Origin: Amphiscolops sp. MND2022
Taxonomy: Eukaryota
Length of the DNA stretch: 64,000 bases
Assembly: GCA_964187785.1 (NCBI GenBank)
Contig: OZ076413.1
Coordinates: 41,728,001 to 41,792,000 of the forward strand
Direction: 5' to 3'
The notes under the pieces are model-generated. The model was not told where the DNA came from, did no database searches, and worked only from the letters and a program-made list of their open reading frames with translations. Below, piece after piece: positions 47,720-60,535 of this stretch (positions within the stretch are counted from its first letter, which is position 1; the number at the start of each line of letters is the position of its first letter). The position numbers and the translations under genes were made by a program.

Positions 47720-50700
47720 TCAAAAGAAGAGAATTCCCATTTTCGTGAAGAAATTCAATTCTTGGTATCTGAAGTCTTCTGAGTAGTTTGGGTTGGGGTT
47801 AGGCCTGAGGTTATATTTTCCTCCTCTAGGACTCAGGCTTTTATTTCTAGCATCGTTTTCAGATATTTCGGGCACGATAATATCATCCCCCCTACTTGGA
47901 GAATTTTGTGTATCGTTTCCATTCGTCAAGTTTCTTTCTGAAAAATTTTCATCGTTTTTCGGTCTATCTGCCGTATTCGGCAATGATTTATCTTGGTTTT
48001 TTGGGGAAACAGCCGGATTCGGCCAATCAGATTCTTCATTTTCGGTGACTGCAGTAGATTCATTTCTTTCAGTGACGTCATCATTTAAGTGGTCATTCCG
48101 GCTGTGCGCCGCACTGTCGTTGTTCGTTACTTCTCGCGTGAATATGTAATCCGCTTCATTCTCGGTTACGTCATTTGTATTCGTTTCTGCCGGATTCGGC
48201 CATTCACCAGTCGGCGTGCTAGTCGGAATAATCTCGCTTCCTCGTGTAACTAGCTGCTCGCCAAAGTCGATTTCCCACGTTATGATATATAAATCATCTT
48301 GCGGAATGACGATTTCTTCATCTGGCTGTAACCATTGTTCTCGGAAATTGTCTTCAAGCGGTTGATTGGGGACAAACTTCTTAAGGCGAATCCGATGTAA
48401 AATTTGAGTTTTGTTCGTGTTGATCCGTCGTACTATATAGTTTTCATTTGGCAAAACTTTTTGGACTACAAATGGTCCAACCCAACGGTAATCGCGGAAT
48501 GGAATTTTTTATCCTTGATTATCCGCTTTCGGCTGTAGAACAAAACAGTATTCGTTCTCCTTTAGTGGGGCGGCTTTTGCTTTGCGGTCGTAAAAATCTT
48601 TGTACTTGATATACGACTGCATAATGTTCTGCTTCGTTTTGTCAATCAGGATTTTTGTCCGGTTTTGGATTTCTTCAGCGAATTCGGTTGTGGGGTTGAT
48701 CTGCTCGTTTGGATTATTTCCAAGCTTGTGATCCAAGATATTAAATGGGATTCTTCCGTGGAATACTTTTGTCGGCTCACAACCGATGCTGGTGTGATAG
48801 CTAGTATTATGATTCAGTACTGCTAATGGCAAGTATTTGTGCCATTGTCGGCGATGTTCCCCACATGCCATTTTGAGATTTGTTTTCAATGAGGCATGAG
48901 TTCGCTCCAATTTCCCAATTGTCTGCGGGTGTTTTTTTGTTGCACATTTGAGTGTTATGCCCAAAATTTGCGTAACCTCCGCGATAATTGTAGAAGTAAT
49001 TGCAGTACCTTTATCAGTGATAAGAGTCGTTGGCAAATATGCATGTTTGGTCATGAAGTCAATGATCGCTTTTGCTACATTGATCGCTGATGCGTCCGTA
49101 AGGGGATAGGCGAACAAATATCTATAGAATACATCAATTGCCGTTAGGACGTTTTCATACCCTCCACTTGGGGGAAGATTCGGCAATAGGTCGATTTGCA
49201 TGGCGTCTTCTGGTCCAAGGTCCCATTCGGGCAAGTTGAGCAGCTCAGGTGTGATCGTTGCGTTGGGGACTCTTTTGTCTCTGGCACATTGTTCGCACCC
49301 TTCTACCCAGTTTTTGACGTGTTTAGCCATGCTAGGGTAGTAATACCTCTGTCGAATTTCCTGCAGCATTTTTGAAATCCCAGGATGTTTATGCGCTATC
49401 CCGTGAAGAGATTGGAGCAATTCCTGGAGTAAATGTTGCGGGAGCAAAATTTGATGGTATTTAACATTCCCTGTTTCATCAAAATATTGCCTTACCAGGA
49501 TTTCGTCCTTTAGTACAAATCGTTCTAGATTGTTTGCGTAATGTCTATATCGGGCATCCTGGTGCAATAGATTTTCTGAATACTCTTCATGAAGCAGTTT
49601 TGCTTTCAATTGTTGTAGTACTGCATCTTTGGATTGCTCGATAATGATCTGGTTCGTTTTCCTCAATCGGACTTGTATATCGGGGTGTTGTTTGACCAGA
49701 TTTGTTGACAGAGTTTGTATAGTAACAGTGGGCTCGTCAGTTGCTGGATTTTTCTTGATTGCTTCTTTTCTTGCCCAATACTGTTCTTCTGTCTCATCGT
49801 CGTCATTGGTGTAGAAGATTTGTTCTTCTTGTGACACCCCTGCGGATTGGACATTGATTTCGATTAGTAGTGTTTGTACATCTTCGCGAATTTTCATCAC
49901 TAATTTGTCTTTCGGATCTGCTTCCAATCGGGACAAAAAGTCTGCAGCTGTATTTTGTGCTCCCGGGATGTGCGCTATGACAAAATTGAACTGGATAACA
50001 TAGTCACATGCGTTCCACAGTGCTGGGGGTCTTATTTTCGTTTGGAAAAATCGTGTTACAGCTTTGTTGTCCGTAAGGATGATGACCGGTTTCGGCGCAC
50101 CCCAGAAGATATGTCCGAATTCTTTGAATGCAAAATAAATTGCAAGGAATTCCTTGGCATAAATTGACATCTTGATCTGTGCTGGGGTGAAGGTTTTTGA
50201 TCCATATGCGACCAGGGCATACGATTGTCTGAGTGATGTAAATTTCTGGCTTGGGTCGTCTTCGATTAGGACCGCATACCCGGCTGCACCAAAACTTGCA
50301 TCAGTCATTAGTGCTATTTGCTTGTTCGGAATGGGTTGGTGTGGGGCCAAGTCGCAACAATTGTCTAGTGCTCTATTGATTTCTTCGAATTGTTGGACTA
50401 ATTCTTTCGATACTAGGACCTTTTCGTCACTTTTGAGCATCTTGTAGAATGGAGCAAGGCGTTCGGAGAGTCTTGGGACATAATTCTTGTAATAGTTTAG
50501 GAATCCCAAATAGCGCTGTAAAGCCTTTTTTGACTTCGGGAATTTGGTTTTCTCCAGAAAGTTTTGTACATTTTGTTTCTGGGGTTTGACGCCTTGTGGG
50601 GTAAATTTCCGACCAAGAAAATCAATTTCTTTTGCACCAAAGTGACATTTGTGCATCGTTAACTTAAGGCCTGCTTCCTGAATGCATTTGAACGTAGCTC

Positions 50701-52975
50701 TCAGGTTCGTCATGAGGTGGTCAACATCATTGGCTGCGATGCCGATATCGTCCACATACTGGGCACACTGATCCGCTTTAATGACTTTGTCAAGGTATTC
50801 TCTCATGAAACTCGAGAATGCGGATAGTGACCGACTAAGGCCTTGTGCCAAACGTCTGTAAGCGAATGTACGACTGGCAAAATTGAAAGCCAACATTTCT
50901 ATTGAACGTAGGTCGGCCATTGGTAGGCAGTGATATGCTTGTGAGCAGTCCAATTTACAGAACAGTTTTTTGCCTGCCAAGTGTTGGGCAGCGTCAACTA
51001 GTGCACTGACGGGGTGATTATTGTTAATATAATCATCCGAGATGAGGTTGTTGATTTTTCTCAAGTCAACCAAGAGTCGGAGTTTCCCATTCGGTTTCTT
51101 TTGTGCGAATATTGGACTTGCATATTTCGAAAATGGCAGTGTAGTTATTATGCCATATTTGTGTAACATGGCTAATTCAACTAGGATGTCTTCCTTCAAG
51201 CTGATAGGAGCTGGGAGGTTTTGACTATGGGCTGGGGAATCGTCCTTAGGCGTCAATTTCACTTTGAATTCCTCGTTCATGCCTATATCAAATCTGTGTC
51301 GTACAAAGATGTCATGGAATTCCACTAGCAATTCCTCTATGTTCTCCTTTTCTTCAGGAGTAAGGGTGGAATCTTTCCAATCGAAGTTTTCTAGGAATTT
51401 TGCACGAGATTCTGCATCTGTAATGGGGTCGAGTGTCTCCAGGTCCTGTAAGGCTTGTAACTCGCGTAGGATTCGTTTCTGGATAGGTGTGTGTTCCTCG
51501 GGGTTTCCAGGGATTTCTGGAGTTGGGAACCAATAATTTTCGGAGATTTGTGGATTTCTATTGGTCTTGATGAGACTGCTGACATAATGGGCTGCTTGCT
51601 TCTGGTCATTCTGCAAAAGGTGCCAGGTTGATGCCGGGTCTACCGGTTTGACGTACTTCATCTGTTCTGGCGTCATGACAGAGAAATTGGCAATATGAAG
51701 TCCCTTTTTGAGTTTATAAGGGTGGTCTGTGAAATTGTTCACTGGTATCAGTATATTGCCGTCGTTCAGAGTGACCAAAGCTGGGCAGAATGCGATGTCG
51801 CCTTCTTCATGTAGAAGGTCGCTCGGTTGCAAAATTCCAGTGACAGCATTCTCAGGGTAGAGTAGGGAATTGGTCCTAATTAGGACTTTATCATTTGGTG
51901 GAATTGTTATCTCAGTAGGGTTGAGAATTGGTTCTAATACATTTGAATACTTATGGTCAGCCGTTTTGAGCTGCATTGAAAAGAACGGGAAATTCAGTAT
52001 CCCTTGTCTCATGTCCAGCACTGTATGGTTTCTTTGAAGGAACATTAGTCCAATGATCGGTTCTGTCAAATGTTCCATTACTATAAAGATTTCATAGAAC
52101 TCAATGTCACGAACTTCGAATTTGAGCTCTATGGTACTCTTAGGAGTTTCCAGATTCCCATTAGCGACCATGATTTGGAAGTTCGGAGGCGGACCTTCTC
52201 GGATAACAGATTGTGGAGATAGAAGACGGATTTTCCGGAGGTCCATTTCAGGGATTGCACTGGACAGTGCTCCAGTGTCTATTAAACCATCAATGGTCAA
52301 TTCCCCAAAGTCCATTGGGAAATGAAGCATGCGTTTCTTGCATTTGAGGTTGATGTTGATGTTGGTTGACAGGGGTATGCAGTCTGGTTCACCTTCTCTT
52401 GTGATGAGTACGTTTTGGAATTGTTTTTCGTCTAGTAATGATTGTGGCGTGGTTTCACCACTATTTTCAGGATTCTCGGTCCCCAGTGGGTTTGGGAACA
52501 CTGGATGGTTTGTGCCATCATTCATTTGCCAGTTTTCTATTAATGCTCGTGTTTTCTTGTTATGGGTAATTGGAGGATGCTCGTGGACTGTTCTATTATA
52601 ATGGTCAATATCGTCCAGGACATATTGAAATTGCAGTAAATCTTGGTTGTAAAGCTCGGTGTCCCAGTAGGGATCTCTGCCGTAGTCTGGATCGATGTAT
52701 GTCGGATTGTAATCATCGATTAGGGGAATGGGCCTGAAGCGGGTGGTGAAGGTAGTGGTGTAATCAGGGTCCCAAACAGGAATTGGTTTCTGGAATAAAT
52801 GGGTGTTATTGTAGGTGATGATGGTAGCTTTTTCCATCTGTTGCTGCCAGACAACAGAGGGATAGCCCATCAATTGCTGATTGTATTGGCGGAAAGTTTG
52901 CGTTGAAGGGTCCGATCTGATGTATTGTCGGACAGATATTAATTCGTTATATTGGAGTCGTGGCGAAGTTAGTTT
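47720..52975 (-). pseudogene. pol: Gypsy pol: aspartic protease, RT, RNase H, integrase with GPF motif; one in-frame stop at 48509-48511
   Basis: LIDTGA protease, YVDD RT, TDAS RNase H, HHCC zinc finger and D,D(35)E integrase, WVGPF motif. The frame continues past TAA into ORF 47720-48454. Confidence 0.93.
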
Positions 52976-52978
52976 TTT
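52972..52978 (-). promoter_or_regulatory. Putative -1 ribosomal frameshift heptamer A_AAA_AAC at the gag/pol junction
   Basis: TCA AAA AAC TAA ends the restored gag frame. The -1 frame (KLTSPRLQYNELISVRQY...QQLMGYP) is open and in frame with pol. Confidence 0.7.
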
Positions 52979-54079
52979 GACTCATCATTAGGATATGAGG
53001 ATTGGGAGCTCGATGATGTCGGTTGGTCTGAGGTTTCTGAGCCTTTGGATTGGGCCTATTTTCAGTTGAGTCCTCGGGCCTAGTGCGTTTGGGTTTAAGA
53101 TGTGCACCAGCACCTTGCCAACATCGTTCTTCTGGGTGGTTCTTTTTGCCACAAGTGCCACACTCCGGGTATGTTTTCTTCTGCGTCGACTTGTCTTGTT
53201 GGGCATCCTTCTCTTTTTTCTTTTTCAGTTTTTCGCAGTCTTTGACCATGTGGCCTTTTTCCTTGCAGTAATTGCAAGTAATGTCTGACATTTGCCCAGT
53301 GGAGAGAGGAGTTTTAGATTTTGTAGTCGAGGAGGTCATTGTGGCCATTGGTAGGTCATCTGATTCCTCAAGGGCATTGAGTTCCAACTCTCTCTCCAAA
53401 TGAGCAACAATTTCATCATATGAGCCGTTTTCTAATCTGGCCATGTTGACAGACCGCTTCAACTTAGGTGGCAGCTTTGCGTAGAGCAAGCTGTCAATCA
53501 TTTTCTGTGCATGATCACCAAACGCCTTCTCGGCTCCCTGGTTTAATTCTTCGAGAAAATCAGGCAGCTTCATGGTATTGGGATCGAAGACTAGACGGTG
53601 CCATTTATGTTTGGCAGTCGCCTGGGACTCGGGCTTGACGTATTTTCGTCTAAATATGACTAATACGTCTTCTAGAGTTTGTCGGTTGCTTGAGCTGATA
53701 TTTCTGAACGTCTGAAGAGCATTCTTCCTCAATAAGGAGGGGAAGTGATTGATCTTCATTGCTCAGTCATTTCTGGCTGCATCTTGATCATAGTGTGAAA
53801 TAGGTCTTCGAACAGCTCGAATTTCTCACTTTTGCCATCGAATGTCATGGTATTTGAGTTGACTGGGCGTATGGTGAGTTGTTGGGCTGTCGGTCTATTC
53901 TGCATTGTAGTCAAGACGTCTGCCAGTCGAGTGATGGGGTCGGAGTCAGCAGCCGTAGCGATTCTCTCTTGTGCTGGGATCGTCGTGTCGAGGTTGATGT
54001 CCTCAAAGGACCTGTCGAGATGATTTCTGGATGAGATTCGTCCTGTGAGAAACTCAGGAACTTGATTTGGAGATTCGTT

Positions 54080-54093
54080 GTCTCCTGTCACCA
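54080..54093 (-). promoter_or_regulatory. Gypsy primer-binding site TGGTGACAGGAGAC
   Basis: Starts immediately after the LTR CA. Resembles the complement of a tRNA-Leu 3' end; the tRNA identity is an inference. Confidence 0.7.
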
Positions 54094-56032
54094 TGTCATG
54101 AACATTACAGTTATTTTTGTCACCGTGTTCACGATTAAGAGTAGTTTTAGTTTTCGCGTTGCGTTGAACTTCGGAATAACTTTCCGGTCTCTCATCAGAT
54201 CTCTCCCATCCCCTTCTAGTCTCCTGTCCTGAGCCGGCCATAATAACGTCCTGGATTTGGGGTGAGACCTGGTTATTAATAGCATCGTTCATGGCTCTTT
54301 GGATCTGAGAACTGACACTATTCATCATCTCATCCATCTCCCTTGATATTCTGGAGTTTAATTCACTCGATAGTTTGTTAATCTCAGCTTGAGAATCTAT
54401 ACTTGCTGAATTCTGGCCATGAATGGCACTAGTCCCAGCTCTATGGTTTCCATAACCGGCATAAGGGCCTAGTCCTTCGTTTTCTAAGTTATTACTGGTG
54501 ATGCTTTCTTGTCTCATGGTAGAGGTTCTTTCGAGACTTTCGTCTCTTTCTGTTCCATCAAAATGGTTCTCTCCTAACATTATATCAAGGTTTTCAATAT
54601 CAGAGAGAATTTCCAATCCTCTAGATTTCCTTGCCTTCTTTTGTTTTCTAGTAGTAGGCATCAAGACTAAACCGGGTCGAACAATTAAATTATCAGAACC
54701 GGAAAACAGAATTAGTGATTGTTAACGGAGAAGCGTTATCAACTGAGTATTAGGAGCAAAACAAAAAATGTGTCCACCCGGAGGAAGTTGCTTCTATATA
54801 TACTTCCTCGGGCGGGATAAACATGATACAAGCAGTCAAAAATGTTACAAACACATTCCGAAAGCACCTGACTTAACTCAACTATTTAAGCATCGAAGTG
54901 CCGCCGAATTGTGATCATAAGGTCACGCGGCCGTTCAAATTTCTGTTTTGACATCTTTAACAAGTATTCAAAAGGCACACAGTACATCAAATAGCATCGA
55001 TTAAAATGTTTACGCCGCTAATATTTCAGGAATGCTGACAATCTCGTGTCGGCACGTGTCCCGTTAGCAGGCTAGATCAACTTGTATACAGCAATGTTAC
55101 ATGTAACAGCGCATATTTTCCTTTATATAATATGCACACAGATTCCACGTGTCAACTAGCAAATAAAGCCAGACATGTCCTTTGGACTAATATTGGTAGC
55201 AACATCATACATTGGTATCGATTTCATCAATTAATTTCAAGAGCTACATGAGTCTTTACGACGTACTTGTAACTATACATGACATTTAAAGTACAATAAA
55301 TGATTGTAATTAGCGTCTGAATAATAGTATTGAAAAGGGGCCTTAACCGGCCACAGTCCAATTGGCCACAGCAATAGAGGATAGAAGTCAGGCAAATGGC
55401 CTTAGTCGGCCCAATATTGAAATGGATAAAATAAAGCGCCAATTAGCTAAAATGATTGTTTAATTAGCACAGCAACATGATTAGACTACTATTTAACGAA
55501 ACACAGCAGTGCTTACATTAATATTCTTTCATCTGAACATTAAGGCCGAAATCGGCCGTATGACTAAAGCGCCAATAAATAAAGATGAAATTCCGGCATA
55601 TGGCCTAAACCGGCCATTAATTAAATACAGCACTGATATTACTCAAATGGATGAATATGATTGGCTAACAGGTTGAGCTCAAGTGACGTCTCCGGAATTG
55701 GAGTTACGTTCACTTGAACTCGTTTCCTTTACGCTTTCTAGCTGCCTATCTATTGCTATAACAGCGTGTTTATACTGCACTTCTAGCTTTTATAATTGTT
55801 AATACATCATCTGATCTTTCAAATGTTGGCATTAACGGACTAATATCAGCAAACTATATACAAAATGTAAAATTAGCAACGATAACAGGTACAACTAGTA
55901 GACTAAAAAATAATAGCAAAGTTTGTGTTTTTAATGTTTACCTCTAATATATTGGTATAGTTCCGGCTGCTATTTCCTGTCCTTCTGCGGTAGTAGTAAT
56001 CGTTGTACCATCACAGGCGGCAGCCTGCGACA
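54094..56032 (-). repeat. Gypsy 5' LTR (1939 bp)
   Basis: Direct repeat of 31471-33409 with about 12 substitutions counted by eye. Followed on the minus strand by a TGG-type PBS. Confidence 0.93.
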
Positions 56033-56192
56033 TTACATAATCAGATTTCAATTGACATGTTTTTTACTTCCTCTACGGTTAATAATCCATTTAGTCAACT
56101 AAGTATATTGAATATGAGGACATCTCTCCAAACTTAACTGACAACAATTCCACTGACGTCATAAACGACGTAACACCGATGACGTAACTCAC

Positions 56193-56428
56193 TTCGACTG
56201 GCTGTATCATCATGTCGATGCGAATCTCGTTCTCTCGGATGTCCCTGAGGGAATCCATGGCTAGTCGGATGTCGTCCAGGTCTTTGATCTCCCTGCTGAG
56301 TTTCTTGTTCTGGTCTTCGATGAAGGCAATGATGGCGTCCATCTCTTTCTTGAACTTCTGATTGCAGTGAACTGCCAAGTCGTCGATCCATTTCTTGTTT
56401 TCAACCTTGATGCCCAGTTTCAGCTTGT
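56193..56428 (-). CDS. DNAH5: Dynein heavy chain exon (DKLKLGIKVENKKW...LSREIKDLDDIRLAM...QPVE)
   Basis: CAG acceptor, GTGAGT donor. Contains the conserved 'IKDLDDIR' motif. Confidence 0.93.
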
Positions 56429-57008
56429 CTGAACAGAAAAGGCATTGACTGCTGCCGAAAAAATATTCGGAGAGATTATAGTTCTTTTGAGCTTTTTAAT
56501 CAAATTTGCGAAACTAGCATTTTACAATACTTCATTACAATACCCACGATAAATATGCTTGGAAACATATATTTGTGATGATGAGGTGATGTAGTTTAAT
56601 GAAAAGTGAAAATGGGCTAGTTCGTGACACGCGAAGAACGGAAAATATTATTGCCTAAGACTGTTTCAAAAGTTTTATTACAAAAACACTAAATTCGGGT
56701 TCTATTCGGGACTCTCTATCAGGAATTTGTTTTCAAATTTGAAAAGTGACCCAAATACAAGAGTTTAGATATAGTTAAAGAGACACACACAGGGAGAAAA
56801 AAATCCGAAAAATTCTCCGGTATTAAAATTGTCTTTATGGAAAATTAGCTTGTTCCACCAGAAAACATTGAGCTTAAAAGTTTCCACTCTCCAAACTTTG
56901 AATCCACCTGTACTTTCATGTCAAACTTCATGTCAAACTCCGTTTCTATTTTAATGTTTTTTTCAAGGTCAAACCCACGAGAGTGACCTTTGTCGAACTT
57001 TGACCCAC

Positions 57009-57210
57009 CTGTCATGAGCGCGATGGGTCCTGCGGGCACGGACACAGTGATGTCGTTGACAGTGTCCTCCAGATTCCTGTACTTGATGATCTCCAGGTTG
57101 AAGTCCTGAAGACTCGGGTCCTGCTCCATGAACTGCTCCATGTCTTTGGTCCTGTCCGTGGCCCACAAGTGTTTGAACTCTGAAAATGCCTCCAACGCAG
57201 AGTGGATCTC
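57009..57210 (-). CDS. DNAH5: Dynein heavy chain exon (EIHSALEAFSEFKHLW...GPIALMT)
   Basis: TAG acceptor, GTGGGT donor, phase 0 to 1. Confidence 0.9.
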
Positions 57211-57589
57211 CTAGAAATCAATAGAATTATCATAAATTTAGTGACAAGGTGAACCAAATTTTCAATTTTGAAAAATTCATCGAAAAATTGATCCCATGTT
57301 TATACTGTAACAGTTTATGATTTATGTTTCTGGAACAGTTCATATGACTCTTTGAGACATAACTTTGTTTCAATTGAATTCTTGAATTGGAATCAAAAAC
57401 AACTTTGATCAAGGTTTCTTTCAAAAAGACAACAAAGATATCACAATTTGAAAAAAAAAATTAAAAATAATCTGAGGCTGTTGCAGCATTTTTGGAACCA
57501 AAACTCTCAATTTTATAACTTTTGAATCGGAGACAGTTTAATTTTGCGTCCTGATGCATTTGGTCGTAAAATTAGAAAGGGTCATTGAC

Positions 57590-57700
57590 CTTTTTGTTGC
57601 TGCTGATGGCAGTCTGTAGATGGGCCACCAACTTGATCACGTCTTTGTTCATCTCGGCCACGTTCCTGTAGTAGTTCTTGGTCGCCTGGTGGATCTGCAC
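57590..57700 (-). CDS. DNAH5: Dynein heavy chain exon (VQIHQATKNYYRNVAEMNKDVIKLVAHLQTAISSNKK)
   Basis: TAG acceptor, GT donor, 111 nt. Resembles DNAH5 'KNYYKNVSENKEIVKL'. Confidence 0.9.
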
Positions 57701-58341
57701 CTACAAATAAAATGCATATCATCTCATTATTCAAAGAAGTTTCATTTTCAAGTAAAGAAGTTCATCGATGAAGAAAACCTTGAGTATGTGATAAACTTCT
57801 CTCATGGAAAGTATGAAGTTATGGTTTAGACGACAGTTTCTTTTGAAAAACTAAATGAAAACAAAAATGAGTAACAAAAGATGCAAGCTGGTGAATCTGT
57901 CTTAAGTATTCAAAAAGTCGTGACTGGTTAGCAAACCATATCGATTTTTGATTATCCAACAAGTCTAGAAAACTTTGATTTGAAACAATTTTCAGTATAT
58001 TTACGATTTTTTTTTGATGTCGTTCATGTATTTTCGGTCCGCGCTTTCCCAAAGAAAAGAGAAGACTTTCACAGTGACTTGTTTTTTTTCTTCTCATTTC
58101 TCACATCAAAACATCCACGCACTAAAAAAACCTCCATTTTCAATAGAAATGCATTAAATAAAAGCGCATCTGAAATTTGTTGTTCGACATGATTTTTGTC
58201 TTTTTTTCAATGATGATATAATATTACAACCTAAGAGGAACATTTCGCAGCATTCTAAAAAAAACTTGACTGTTTTTCCGTTTTTGCTGGTATAGTACCT
58301 TGGAAAATGTAATTTGGACATTACTAATTTGGATTACTAAC

Positions 58342-58572
58342 TTGTTCGCCGCCGACGTCGATGGTTTTGTTGAAAATCCAGGAGTTGGCGACGCTGACGT
58401 TGTCGTTGCTGACATGACTGTACACACTGGTGGTGCTGTTCTTGCGTGACAGACGACCAGCGCCCACTCTCGATGACATCATCTCCTCCTCAAAGCCCCC
58501 CATGGCATCCCCGTGCTCCAAGCTGGATTTACCATGCGCCGCAAGTATACGCTCTTGTTCTTGCTGCTTGGG
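58342..58572 (-). CDS. DNAH5: Probable low-complexity dynein exon (PKQQEQER...DVGGEQ), phase 0-0
   Basis: TTTCAG acceptor, GTTAGT donor, 231 nt, GC-rich like the other exons. Lies in a variable region of the tail. Confidence 0.65.
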
Positions 58573-59205
58573 CTGAAATTGCATGTTTTCTCAACACCGG
58601 TGGCATGTGTGAAAAAATTCAGACAATTCAAGAAAGCAATCAGATTTTTACGATATGAAAATTCTCAGAATTAAGTCAAATACCACTTGAGGTACATGCG
58701 GCAAAGTTACAAATGCTATGCATCCAAGAGAGCAATTACGAGAAACTATGCCTGCTTCACCGATTAATTTAGTGTTAACGGTAGGTACAAGAATCGGAAA
58801 CCCAATGATCGCTAAAAAATAAAAGAACTAAAAAAATGAACAGATGACTTCATTTAGGACCTGAATTCATAAAGGGGACCAAAGTATGTTTGAGAAGCTA
58901 TATAGGCGATCGATTGAGGATCGTTAAGGCATGGTGCAAGACCGTGCTAAACAGAGGATTGGATGCCAAATGAGCTATGCAGGCTCTGGCCTACAATGAT
59001 TGGCCTATTGCAGATGAAGCTGTACACTTATTACACATAGTATTTATGAAGGAAAGGTACTTCATCAGCATAAATCCAAAGAAAACTTCCAATAAATGTG
59101 TATCTGCACCTCAAAAGACTTTCAAACTATAAACTTGAAACCGGGTCATTCAACCAAATTCATTCCGATAAATGGAGACCCTACACTTTACACGTAGACA
59201 CTCAC

Positions 59206-59344
59206 AGTCTTGCGTTCCTTGGACCATTGAGGCACGCCCTTGCACACACTGAGAATGGTCTGGACAGCGTTGTTGACCGCTATCTGGATGTCTTCCAGAG
59301 CCGGCATCATCATGATCTGGGGGATCTCTAGCACTACGTCACTT
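59206..59344 (-). CDS. DNAH5: Dynein heavy chain exon (SDVVLEIPQIMMMPALEDIQIAVNNAVQTILSVCKGVPQWSKERKT)
   Basis: CAG acceptor, GTGAGT donor. Matches the DNAH5-type 'IPNIVMAPALEDVQ...KGVRQWS' motif. Confidence 0.9.
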
Positions 59345-59800
59345 CTGAACACGAAAAAAACATTCAGAAAATGTCACTACAAACTTGGTTTTGTAAGACA
59401 ACGTAGTTGGTAGAAGGTCAGTTTTTAGAATTACTTTGGCAAATTACAAAAAGTCAGTTTGAGCCCACGCACAAATACGAGATTTCAACCAAAGGGGGCG
59501 GGAGTTTCGGAAGCTGAAGCAGATGCCGCAAATACATCATCACTTTCCTGAAAAATCTGGTGTCGCTTTCTTCTCTGGCTCTGAGCCAGTCTTGTACAAT
59601 TTTAAGACGGTTTTTCATGGAAATTGTGGATTTCAGGAATGGTATACAATTAAGTAATGACCCCCTCCCTCCAAAAAATCCCTTGCATGAACGCTTTTTA
59701 AATGGACCGTAAAATTCACAAATGTTCCGAAACAGGAAAGTGTTTAATTATTAGGATCAAGATGCGGTTTCAAAAAAGTCACAATTTTGTAATTGCGCAC

Positions 59801-59953
59801 CTGAAGAGAGGTCTCTGGGTCTGTGGGGCAGATGGCGAGGAGAGGGACGAGGAGGCTATACTGATGTTGTAGCCCACAGAAGCAGTCACGGTCAGTCTCT
59901 TCTTGATCTGATCCAGGGAGTATTTGATGAGCTTCACAAAGGACTCCACGTGT
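59801..59953 (-). CDS. DNAH5: Dynein heavy chain exon (HVESFVKLIKYSLDQIKKRL...RPLFR)
   Basis: Polypyrimidine-TAG acceptor, GT donor, phase-compatible. Resembles the DNAH5 tail segment 'TLEAIRKRI...PIFR'. Confidence 0.85.
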
Positions 59954-60535
59954 CTAGACAAAAAAAACCAAGACATCCGAGCACAAGTTTGTTCAAAGAG
60001 CTCAGCTTATAAAACTTATTAAATTTTATAAAAATAAAAACCTGGACGGACTACCGGTTTCTTTAATTTCTCTAATTTCATCTTTAATTATAATTTATAA
60101 TTTCTGTGTGAGTTATAAGGTATTTTTTTAAAAAAAATTTGAGCTTGTACACTGCCTTTTATAAGGAAAGCATTGGTTTTTTCTTATATAAAGGAAATTC
60201 ACTGTTTTTTTTTAAATCTGTCCCTTCGTCGGTTTTTAAAAATGCCAGTGCTATAGTCCGTGTTTTCTACGAAAAGCGCCGACTAAAAACATGTTTCCCG
60301 AATAACAATCTAGAATTAAACATGATATTCTATGCTTGGAAATATCTTCAATAAATAGTTTCTACGGTAATATCACATTTTACCATTACAAGGCGAATCG
60401 GAAACATTGATTTCAGATCACTTTTTTTGGATGAAAATTTCACCTCATGGGATCCCCTTGATTTTTAACTGCCACATTTTCGAACTGGAATAATTTGGCG
60501 GCCTTAGGTTTTGTAATATTTCCCGGCTCACTTAC

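Larger units (their letters stand above)
52969..54661 (-). pseudogene. gag: Gypsy gag with CCHC zinc knuckles; two apparent 1-nt frameshifts (about 53757 and 53020)
   Basis: ORFs 53756-54664 and 52947-53759 join as ...PEMTEQ/MKINHF. Knuckles CNYCKEKGHMVKDC and CGTCGKKNHPEERC. Confidence 0.85.
31471..56032 (-). mobile_element. Large Gypsy/Ty3 LTR retrotransposon (about 16.2 kb of its own sequence plus a nested Bel element)
   Basis: TG...CA ends, TTACA TSD (31466-70 and 56033-37), two 1939-bp direct repeats, gag then PR-RT-RH-IN order. Confidence 0.95.
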
